Shown one piece after another: positions 56,673 to 64,000 of a DNA stretch of 64,000 nt; within the stretch, counting starts at the first letter, position 1, and each line of letters opens with the position of its first letter. The notes beneath the pieces are model-generated. The model searched no databases. It was not told the DNA's origin and was given only the letters and a program-made list of their open reading frames with translations. The stretch is from positions 24,079 through 88,078 of the forward strand of contig JAUQXK010000031.1 of the NCBI GenBank assembly GCA_030834695.1. The letters run 5' to 3'. The stretch comes from Desulfobacterales bacterium (GTDB lineage Bacteria; Desulfobacterota; Desulfobacteria; Desulfobacterales; SpSt-501). The position numbers were made by a program, and so were the translations under genes.

Positions 56673-57746
56673 ATGATGTCACCACCTTCCTATCGAATCG
56701 CCGTTATCCCAGGAGACGGAACAGGCCCCGAAGTCATCCGCGAAGCCCTCAAGGCGCTGAAAGCAGCCGGAACTCGCGAAAATCTCCTGTTTGACCTGCA
56801 GCACTACGATCTGGGCGGCGACCGGTATCTGAAAACCGGCGAAATTCTGCCTGAAAGCGTCCTGGCCGAGCTGCGGCAGGTGGATGCCATCCTCCTGGGA
56901 GCCATCGGACATCCGGATGTCAAACCCGGCATCCTGGAAAAAGGGCTGCTTCTGGAGCTGAGGTTTCGGCTGGATCAGTACATCAACCTGCGGCCGGTGG
57001 TGCTCTATCCCGGAGTGGAAACACCCCTGAAGGATAAAGGCCCGGCGGAAATCAATTTCGTGGTGGTCCGGGAAAACACCGAGGGGCTCTACACCGGCGG
57101 AGGCGGGTTTCTGAAAAAAGGCACCCCGCAGGAGGTGGCGATCCAGGAATCGATCAACACCCGGTTCGGCGTCGAACGCTGCCTGCGGTATGCTTTCGAT
57201 TATTGTCGCAAACGCAACCAACGCAAGAAACTCACCCTGTGCGGCAAGACCAATGTCCTGACCTATGCCTTCGACCTCTGGGAGCGGGTCTTCCACGAAG
57301 TCGCGGCCGAATACCCGGACGTCACCACCGACTATGGCCATGTGGACGCCGTCAGCATGTGGATGATCAAGAACCCCGAATGGTTCGATGTCATCGTCAC
57401 CGATAACATGTTCGGGGACATCATCACGGACATCGGCGCCATCATCCAGGGCGGCCTCGGCATCGCCGCCGGCGGGAACATCAATCCGGCCGGCGTATCC
57501 ATGTTCGAACCCATCGGCGGATCGGCCCCCAAGTACACCGGGCAGAACGTCATCAATCCCCTGGCCGCGATCGGCGCGGCGGCGATCATGCTCGATCACC
57601 TCGGACAGCCGGCAGCCGCTGCCCGCATCGAGGATGCCGTTAGAAAAGCAGTGGCCGGAGACATCCGCAGCCTGGCTTCCGGGAAAATGGGCAAAAGCAC
57701 CACGGAAGTCGGTGACCGGGTAGCCGGCTACATTGCTGCGGACTGA
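56673..57746 (+). CDS. beta-decarboxylating dehydrogenase (isopropylmalate/tartrate/homoisocitrate dehydrogenase family)
   Basis: YRIAVIPGDGTGPEVIREALKAL, VRENTEGLYTG and NMFGDIITDIGA. Confidence 0.85.
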   Translation: MMSPPSYRIAVIPGDGTGPEVIREALKALKAAGTRENLLFDLQHYDLGGDRYLKTGEILPESVLAELRQVDAILLGAIGHPDVKPGILEKGLLLELRFRLDQYINLRPVVLYPGVETPLKDKGPAEINFVVVRENTEGLYTGGGGFLKKGTPQEVAIQESINTRFGVERCLRYAFDYCRKRNQRKKLTLCGKTNVLTYAFDLWERVFHEVAAEYPDVTTDYGHVDAVSMWMIKNPEWFDVIVTDNMFGDIITDIGAIIQGGLGIAAGGNINPAGVSMFEPIGGSAPKYTGQNVINPLAAIGAAAIMLDHLGQPAAAARIEDAVRKAVAGDIRSLASGKMGKSTTEVGDRVAGYIAAD

Positions 57747-57790
57747 TCCGCCATCTGAGGCTCGAGCCAATGAACATGGAGGTTCAAAAC

Positions 57791-58723
57791 ATGACAACGA
57801 TGCGAAAAATCCGGATTCGAGAAGTGGGGCCGCGCGACGGGTTCCAGTCCTGGCCGGAATTTGTCCCAACGGAACAAAAACTGGAAGTGATCCGGATGCT
57901 GATCGATGCCGGGGTTCAAGAGATGGAGACCACCTCGTTCGTCAGCCCCAAGGCGATTCCTCAAATGAGGGACGCGGCCGAGGTCCTGGCCGGCGTGCCG
58001 CGGGCCGGGTGCATCCACGGCCCCCTGGTGCCCAATCTGAAAGGCGCCACGCTGGCTCTGGACAACGGTGCGGACAAACTGGTGGTGGTGATCTCCGCCA
58101 GCGACGCCCACAATCTGGCCAACGTCCGCCGGACCATCAACGAGTCCCTGTCCGATTTGAAAGCGATTTTCGAGCTGGCTCGGCAGCACGGCAAACCCGT
58201 AGTGGGTTCCATGGCCGTGGCCTTCGGATGCCCCTATCAGGGTGACGTGCCGGAGGACGATGTCTTCAGGCTGGCCGACGCTTACATCACCGGTGGTGCG
58301 GCTTCGGTCGTGCTGGCGGACACCACCGGCATGGCCACGCCGCCGCGGGTCATAAAGTTGGTGAAAGGCTTCGCCCGCCGGTTCCCCGAAATCCCCTATT
58401 CGCTGCATTTTCACAACAACCGGGGCACGGCCATGGCCAATCTGTATGCGGCCCTGGAAGCCGGCGCCGACACCTTCGACACGGCGTTGGGCGGCATCGG
58501 CGGATGTCCCAACGTGCCCCAGGCCGCCGGAAACCTGGCCACCGAGGATGTGGTCTACATGCTGGAAGACATGGGCTGCGACACCGGCATCGACTTGATG
58601 AAGCTCATCACCGCTGCTCAGCGACTGGAAGCCATCCTCGGCCGGACCTTGTTCGGGCAGGTCATGAAAAGCGGACCACGCGACCCGAAACTGGCCGCAG
58701 CAGTCTGCCGGATCGGCCACTGA
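57791..58723 (+). CDS. HMG-CoA-lyase-like (DRE-TIM metallolyase) protein
   Basis: ATG 57791 lies 8 nt after GGAGG. The motifs are IREVGPRDGFQS and HFHNNRGTAMANLYAALEAGADTFDTALGGIGGCP. Confidence 0.8.
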   Translation: MTTMRKIRIREVGPRDGFQSWPEFVPTEQKLEVIRMLIDAGVQEMETTSFVSPKAIPQMRDAAEVLAGVPRAGCIHGPLVPNLKGATLALDNGADKLVVVISASDAHNLANVRRTINESLSDLKAIFELARQHGKPVVGSMAVAFGCPYQGDVPEDDVFRLADAYITGGAASVVLADTTGMATPPRVIKLVKGFARRFPEIPYSLHFHNNRGTAMANLYAALEAGADTFDTALGGIGGCPNVPQAAGNLATEDVVYMLEDMGCDTGIDLMKLITAAQRLEAILGRTLFGQVMKSGPRDPKLAAAVCRIGH

Positions 58724-58761
58724 GCCGGATCCTCTATCGCGAACTGACAGGAGAGACCACC

Positions 58762-59973
58762 ATGCCATTGACCGGACTAAAAGTACTGGACCTGACCCGG
58801 GTGGTTTCGGGCCCTTTTTGCACCATGCTGCTGGCGGATTTCGGCGCGGACGTCATCAAAGTCGAAGCTCCCGACGGCGACCCCTCGCGGGTGACCGGAA
58901 TCGTGGGCGCGGGGGAAAACCCCTATTTCGTCAACCTCAACCGCAACAAGCGAACCATCACCATTGACATGAAGCAGGAGCGCGGCAAGGAGATCGTCCG
59001 CCGGTTGGCCCAGACCGCGGATGTGCTGGTGGAGAATTTTCGTCCTGGCGTCATGGAACGGCTGGGATTGGGCTATCCGGCACTGAGCGCCTTGAATCCG
59101 GCACTGGTTTATGCCGCCATCACCGGATTCGGGAAAACCGGCCCTTATAAGGACCGGCCTGCGTTCGACTTCATCGCGCAGGCGATGTCAGGCTTCATGA
59201 GTTTGAACGGCGATCAGACCATGCCCTATTTGAGAGTCGGGATCCCCATCAGCGACACCATCGCCGGGCTGTATGCGGCCTTTGCCATTTTGGCGGCTCT
59301 AAGGGAGCGGGACCGCACCGGACGAGGACAGGAGATTCAGACCGCCATGGTCGACGGATTGATCAGCATGTTCACATTCGCTTCGGCCGCCTATTTCAGC
59401 ACGGGCCAATTGCCGCCGCGCAACGGCAACGACCACATGGTGGTCGCGCCCTACGGTTTGTTCAATGCCAGCGACGGTCCCATTGCGATCGCCCCCAGCA
59501 CCGAAAAGAACTGGCAGCAACTCTGCACCGCCCTGAAACAGGAGCATCTGATGACCGACCCGCGGTTCGACAGCGCCGAAAAGCGGCGGGAGCACCGAAG
59601 CGAAATCAATGTACTGGTCCAGGCCGTCATCGGCGGCCGCACCCGGGAAGAGTGGATCAACCGGCTGAACCTGGCCGGCGTCCCTTGCGGGCCGGTGAAC
59701 AATCTTTCGCAAGCCTTTTCGGATCCGCAGGTCCTTCACCAGGAAATGGTCCTTCAATCGCTGCAGCCGGGCGGGCCGGTCCGCATGCCCGGCTTCCCCG
59801 TTAAGCTGTCGAACACGCCGGCCCGACTGCGCAAGCCATCCCCCCAGGTCGGCGAACACACCGTTGGGGTCCTGCGGGAACTCGGCTATCGGGAAGAAGA
59901 CATAGAAGGTCTGCTCAAGACAAACACGGTATCCATGGCCCCTTCACCATCAACCGCTAACTCTCCCGACTAG
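58762..59973 (+). CDS. family III CoA-transferase (CaiB/BaiF/Frc-like)
   Basis: ATG 58762 follows GGAGAG. The N-terminus is MPLTGLKVLDLTRVVSGPFCTMLLADFGADVIKVE. The product is 403 aa. The longer ORF from 58504 overlaps the previous gene. Confidence 0.85.
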   Translation: MPLTGLKVLDLTRVVSGPFCTMLLADFGADVIKVEAPDGDPSRVTGIVGAGENPYFVNLNRNKRTITIDMKQERGKEIVRRLAQTADVLVENFRPGVMERLGLGYPALSALNPALVYAAITGFGKTGPYKDRPAFDFIAQAMSGFMSLNGDQTMPYLRVGIPISDTIAGLYAAFAILAALRERDRTGRGQEIQTAMVDGLISMFTFASAAYFSTGQLPPRNGNDHMVVAPYGLFNASDGPIAIAPSTEKNWQQLCTALKQEHLMTDPRFDSAEKRREHRSEINVLVQAVIGGRTREEWINRLNLAGVPCGPVNNLSQAFSDPQVLHQEMVLQSLQPGGPVRMPGFPVKLSNTPARLRKPSPQVGEHTVGVLRELGYREEDIEGLLKTNTVSMAPSPSTANSPD

Positions 59974-60005
59974 TTTTTAAACCCTATCGACCTTCGGTGA
60001 ATGGA

Positions 60006-60875
60006 ATGCAGCCCAACGTGAAGGCAAAGCAATTACGCGATCTTCTGCAAAAGCCCGGTCTGGTTCGCGCTCCGGGTGCCTTTGACGCCTGGTCCGCCCG
60101 GCTGGTGGAGATGGCCGGTTTCCCGGCCGCCTATATGACCGGCTATGGCGCCTCCGCCAGCGTGATCGGACGGCCCGATATCGGTTTGATGACCATGTCG
60201 GAAATGGTGACCCAGGCGAAAAACATGGCGGCCGCTGTCGACATCCCCTTGATCGCCGACGGGGACACCGGCTATGGAGGGGTTCTTAACGTCATCCGAA
60301 CGGTGCAGGAATTCGAAACGGCGGGAGTCGCCGGTCTTCAATTGGAGGATCAGGTTTTTCCAAAACGCTGCGGGCACATGGAGGGAAAGCAGCTCGTTTC
60401 CAGGGAGGAGATGGCGGCTAAAATCAGGGCGGCGGTCCATGCCCGCCGCTCCCACGATTTCATCATCATCGCCCGGACCGATGCGCGGGCGGTGACGGGT
60501 TTAGCGGATGCGATTGCCAGAGCGACGGCCTATGCCGAGGCCGGTGCCGACGTCCTGTTTGTCGAGGCGCCGCAGACCGTCCAGGAAATGGAGGAAATCG
60601 CCAGCGCGCTCAAACGTCCCCTGATCGCCAACATGGTCGAACGGGGGAAGACCCCTGTGCTGACGGCATCCGAACTGGAGCGGATCGGGTACCGGATCGC
60701 CATATACCCTGTTTCCGCGCTCTATGCCGCCACGCGAGCCATGAGGCAGGTTTTGAAGCGCATGAAAGAAGAAGGCTCCGCCGCAACAGGCTATGATGAC
60801 ATGGTCGGTTTTGAAGAATTCAATCAACTGATCGGGGTTGCCGAGATGCGGGCACTGGAGAAAAAATTTTCGTGA
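60006..60875 (+). CDS. isocitrate lyase/PEP mutase superfamily lyase (methylisocitrate-/dimethylmalate-lyase-like)
   Basis: PGAFDAWSARLVEMAGF, IADGDTGYGG and QLEDQVFPKRCGHMEGK (the K-[KR]-CGH motif). The start is ATG 60006 or GTG 59997. Confidence 0.8.
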   Translation: MQPNVKAKQLRDLLQKPGLVRAPGAFDAWSARLVEMAGFPAAYMTGYGASASVIGRPDIGLMTMSEMVTQAKNMAAAVDIPLIADGDTGYGGVLNVIRTVQEFETAGVAGLQLEDQVFPKRCGHMEGKQLVSREEMAAKIRAAVHARRSHDFIIIARTDARAVTGLADAIARATAYAEAGADVLFVEAPQTVQEMEEIASALKRPLIANMVERGKTPVLTASELERIGYRIAIYPVSALYAATRAMRQVLKRMKEEGSAATGYDDMVGFEEFNQLIGVAEMRALEKKFS

Positions 60876-60977
60876 TCACGAGCGCGAGGGAGATGCTTCT
60901 TCCCGCCCGGCCATTCCTATGAATGGCCCATCCTGAGCCGAAGCAACACCTTGCTTGCCGGTCGCTGAGGGAGATTT

Positions 60978-62273
60978 ATGACAACGTTGCTGGTGGTGGT
61001 GCTGTTATTGGTCCTGATCGCCCTGGGGGCTGATATTTTCATTGCCCTGGGCCTGGCAGGCGTCCTGGGAATTCTGGCTTTCCGAGGGCCTGATGCGCTG
61101 ACGCTGGCAGCGACCGCCTTTTTCGGCCAGGAAACGACCTTTGAACTATTGGCGCTTCCGCTCTTCGTCCTGATGGGCCATATCCTGGCGAAAAGCCCGA
61201 TCGGCAGCGATCTATACACCATGGCGACGCGGTGGCTTTCCTGGCTGCCGGGGGGGCTGGCCATCGCCTCGATCGGCGCCTGTACGGTCTTCGGCGCGGT
61301 CAGCGGCGTAAGCGTCGCCGGTGTCGCCGCGATCGGTTCCATTGCGGTGCCGGAGATGCTCAAGCGCGGTTATTCCTACAAGATCGCCGCCGGATCGGTC
61401 GTAACGGCGGGTGCCCTCGCGATGCTGATCCCGCCGAGCGTGCCCTTCATCATCTACAGCGCGATCACGGGCGAGTCGATCGCCAAGCTTTTCATCGGCG
61501 GCATCGTCCCCGGCTTGATTTTGGCTTTCATGCTCAGTCTCTATGTCCTCATTCGGACCATCATATCGCCGGAACTGGCCCCCCGCGGCACCGACACTGG
61601 CTTCACCTGGAAGGATCGCTGGGCTAGTTTGGCCAAGGTATGGCACACGCTCATCCTGATCCTCCTGGTACTGGGTTCGATCTACGCCGGCATCGCCACG
61701 CCGACCGAAGCGTCGGCCATCGGTACGGTTGGCGCTTTCGTCGTCGCCGCCATCGCCTACCGCAACATCGATCTGCGCCGGACTCTACAGATCATCAAAG
61801 AAAGCATGCGCATCAGCGTCGCCATCATGGTCATCATCGGCTGCGCCATGATCTTCGGATCCTATCTCAACATGGTCCGCCTGCCGGAAATGCTGAGCAA
61901 TTTCCTCATCGATCTCCACCTGCACCGGATGGTTCTGATTCTGGCCATCCAGGCGCTCCTGATCGTTGGGGGCATGTTCGTGGACGCCGCCTCGCTCATC
62001 GTAATCACGACCCCGATCTTGTTGCCCCTGGTCAAAGCCCTGGGCTTCGATCCGCTCTATTATGGGATCATCCTGGTCATCAATCTCGAATTGGCCGTCG
62101 TGACGCCTCCGGTGGGTCTCAACCTCTACACGTTGAAGAGCTGCGTTCCATCGCTGGCGCTGGAGGAAATCATCCGGAGCAGCATCCCCTTCTTGATCAT
62201 CCAGTTGCTTTGCCTGCTCATGTTTACGTTATACCCGCCGTTGAGCCTATGGTTGCCGAACATGGTCCAATAA
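60978..62273 (+). CDS. dctM: TRAP transporter large permease subunit
   Basis: 431-aa polytopic ORF with the typical DctM N-terminus (LVLIALGADIFIALGLAGVLGI...ALPLFVLMGHIL). Confidence 0.88.
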   Translation: MTTLLVVVLLLVLIALGADIFIALGLAGVLGILAFRGPDALTLAATAFFGQETTFELLALPLFVLMGHILAKSPIGSDLYTMATRWLSWLPGGLAIASIGACTVFGAVSGVSVAGVAAIGSIAVPEMLKRGYSYKIAAGSVVTAGALAMLIPPSVPFIIYSAITGESIAKLFIGGIVPGLILAFMLSLYVLIRTIISPELAPRGTDTGFTWKDRWASLAKVWHTLILILLVLGSIYAGIATPTEASAIGTVGAFVVAAIAYRNIDLRRTLQIIKESMRISVAIMVIIGCAMIFGSYLNMVRLPEMLSNFLIDLHLHRMVLILAIQALLIVGGMFVDAASLIVITTPILLPLVKALGFDPLYYGIILVINLELAVVTPPVGLNLYTLKSCVPSLALEEIIRSSIPFLIIQLLCLLMFTLYPPLSLWLPNMVQ

Positions 62274-62309
62274 ACAGGGGATTCAGCCAACAGCAAAAAG
62301 GAGGAACCG

Positions 62310-63347
62310 ATGAGAAAATTTACACGCAGGGATTTTTTGCGAACCACGGGGACGGGTGTCGCCATGCTCGGCCTGTCCGATCCATGGATCCCCGACGCAT
62401 GGGCCAACCCGCCGACCTATACCGGTGTCACGTATCTGACCCCGGCGTACAAGGACCTCTTCCCGCCCATCGCGGCGTTCGTGGATCGGTTGAAAAAGCA
62501 TCCCGACCTCATGAAGATCGACTTTTTCGATTCCGGAACGCTGGTCAAAACGGACGAGCAGGTGTCGGCGCTGCGGGCTGGAACGATCCAATTCATGTTC
62601 CATACGACCTCGTATATTACGCGCAACTACCCCATTTTGGGGCTTCTGGGCCTGCCCAGCCTCTGCGAGGACCTCTACGAGCACGGCGAAAGACTCTCCA
62701 TGGAGGGTCCTCTGTGGAAGCTGATCAACGACGTCCTCGCCAAAAGCAACACCTTCATGTTGACAGCCGGCGGCGGCATCCTGGAACCGGAGTATATCTG
62801 GAGCGGAAGCAACAAGATCGCCAGCCTCGCGGATCTGAAGGGCAAGCGGGTCCGGACCGTCAGCTTCGAAGCCGAGGAAGTGCTGAAGCCTTACGGTGTG
62901 GGCGGTTCGCGCATCCCGTCATCGGAACTCTACCTGGCCGTCCAACGGGGAACGGTGGATGCCACCCTCGCCAATATCAGCACGATCATGGGCCGAAAAA
63001 TTTACGAACAGGTCAAACACTGCTACAAGCTGCCCATGACGGGATTTTCCATCGCCATTTTCTTTTTGAAAGACAAATGGGACCAGATGCCCGATAAGGT
63101 CAAAGCCGCATTCTGGGACGCCGGCAAAGAGTTCGACCGAACCTACGCCGCGGGCATCAACCAGACATTCTATCCGAAAGAGTTCTGGCCGCAGATCGAA
63201 AAAGCGGGCATCAAGATCTTCCAGCCTACCCAGGAAGAATTGAAGGATTTTGAAGAAAAGAGCGGGCCCGTGTGGGCTTGGTGGAAGAAGGAGATCGGCG
63301 AAGAAGTGGGCCAAAAGGCCATCAACCTTGCGTTGGGTAAGGGATGA
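62310..63347 (+). CDS. dctP: TRAP transporter substrate-binding subunit with a twin-arginine signal peptide
   Basis: MRKFTRRDFLRTTGTGVAMLGLS is a Tat motif (RRDFL). The 345-aa DctP-size protein lies between the M and Q subunits. Confidence 0.8.
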   Translation: MRKFTRRDFLRTTGTGVAMLGLSDPWIPDAWANPPTYTGVTYLTPAYKDLFPPIAAFVDRLKKHPDLMKIDFFDSGTLVKTDEQVSALRAGTIQFMFHTTSYITRNYPILGLLGLPSLCEDLYEHGERLSMEGPLWKLINDVLAKSNTFMLTAGGGILEPEYIWSGSNKIASLADLKGKRVRTVSFEAEEVLKPYGVGGSRIPSSELYLAVQRGTVDATLANISTIMGRKIYEQVKHCYKLPMTGFSIAIFFLKDKWDQMPDKVKAAFWDAGKEFDRTYAAGINQTFYPKEFWPQIEKAGIKIFQPTQEELKDFEEKSGPVWAWWKKEIGEEVGQKAINLALGKG

Positions 63348-63353
63348 AGACAA

Positions 63354-63866
63354 ATGAATGCATCGGCGAGTTTTATTCCACGGCTATCCAAGGCAACGGG
63401 CATTTTGGGGCAAGCCGCCATGGCCTTCATGGTGGTGAGCCTGTTTTACGACGTGATGATGCGGTATCTCTTCGCCAGCCCGACGAATTGGGCCTTGGAG
63501 GTGAACACCTTCCTGCTCTTGTTTGTCTGCACGATACCGACGGCCGACGTCCTGAGTTCCAACGTCCACATCCGCGTGACCTTTCTGACCGATCGGATGC
63601 CGAAGCGCGTCGTCGATCGCCTGCAGATCCTGCGGGGCGTGGCGGGAATCCTTTTCTGCGCGGCCATGGCCTGGAAGGGTTCCGTCATGACCTGGCAGGC
63701 CTGGCAGCACAACGACCGCATGTCCACCTCGTTGGGCACGCCCATGTTCATCCCATATCTTTTTCTCCCGATCGGTTTTATCCTGCTGGGGCTTCAGTAT
63801 TCAATTCTCCTCAAGTCGGGATTGACCTCGAAACCGAAAGAGACCAGAATCGAGCAGCAGATTTGA
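63354..63866 (+). CDS. dctQ: TRAP transporter small permease subunit
   Basis: 170 aa with 4 TM helices and the DctQ-like segment VSLFYDVMMRYLFASPTNWALEVNTFLL. Confidence 0.78.
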   Translation: MNASASFIPRLSKATGILGQAAMAFMVVSLFYDVMMRYLFASPTNWALEVNTFLLLFVCTIPTADVLSSNVHIRVTFLTDRMPKRVVDRLQILRGVAGILFCAAMAWKGSVMTWQAWQHNDRMSTSLGTPMFIPYLFLPIGFILLGLQYSILLKSGLTSKPKETRIEQQI

Positions 63867-63909
63867 ACAAAAGAAACCATCACCCCTATCAAAAAAGGAG
63901 GTAGTCCAG

Positions 63910-64000
63910 ATGAACATGAAAAGATGTCTTCGATGGCTATGCTTGGTTTTACTAGCGGGTGGGTTGGTGTTCCACGGTGCCGTGCAGGCGGCATACCCGG
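63910..64000 (+). CDS. secreted protein, N-terminal fragment (3' end outside window)
   Basis: ATG 63910 lies 8 nt after AAAGGAGG. The translation MNMKRCLRWLCLVLLAGGLVFHGAVQAAYP is a signal peptide. The frame is open to the window end. Confidence 0.5.
   Translation, partial: MNMKRCLRWLCLVLLAGGLVFHGAVQAAYP

Overview
This is a high-GC (roughly 60%), densely coding bacterial chromosomal window with about 55 supportable CDS. I saw no rRNA or tRNA genes, no CRISPR array, and no transposase, integrase or phage genes. All functions are assigned by eye from motifs in the supplied translations, because no database search could be run.

Gene content, left to right:
- 1-7440 (+): a peptide-uptake operon with an S58/DmpA-like aminopeptidase, a family-5 SBP, two permeases, an embedded M20 peptidase and two ATPases. 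Two AT-rich 29-bp-stem hairpin repeats bracket the second permease.
- 7567-10542 (-): a ~990-aa PreP-like M16C peptidase.
- 10675-12536: a small wHTH-like protein, then rsmA running in frame into an ABM-monooxygenase domain.
- 12635-27809 (-): the reductive acetyl-CoA (Wood-Ljungdahl) cluster acsV(RACo)-acsD-acsB-acsC-acsE. After a terminator come a small DUF3786-like protein, a 1412-aa PPDK-like protein and a long GAPDH-like protein.
- 28003-29883 (-): an acetyl-CoA hydrolase/transferase-GNAT fusion.
- 29967-35882 (-): livKHMGF and rmuC.
- 36288-38931: pspF, a sigma54 promoter and pspABC.
- 38972-42624: small Cys-rich and small membrane proteins, an HsdR_N-like orphan, and sbcB.
- 42621-48880 (+): a translationally coupled cluster of CDP-alcohol phosphatidyltransferase, RibD_C-like reductase, MDR dehydrogenase, atypical PTPS/QueD-like protein, GT4 glycosyltransferase and LtaS/sulfatase-like membrane protein.
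- 48832-53657 (-): a PAS histidine kinase and a secreted 1015-aa tandem M16 peptidase.
- 54059-64000 (+): a GntR-controlled island with LeuCD-like, LeuB-like, HMG-CoA-lyase-like, family III CoA-transferase and isocitrate-lyase-family genes, followed by a TRAP transporter in M-P-Q order.

The gene set suggests an anaerobic, sulfate-reducer-like deltaproteobacterium. That is inference only.

Best candidates for something undescribed:
1. The 1412-aa protein. About 925 unassigned residues are fused to a PPDK-type ATP-grasp plus phospho-His swivel module with no PEP/pyruvate barrel. It sits in a unit with a DUF3786-like protein and a divergent GAPDH-like protein behind the acs genes.
2. The membrane/pterin-like cluster at 42.6-48.9 kb, whose PTPS homologue appears to lack the canonical Cys/His catalytic residues.
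3. The ~190-aa Ala/Lys/Glu-repeat tail on AcsD.
4. The structured non-coding elements at 3.2/4.1 kb and 35.9-36.2 kb.
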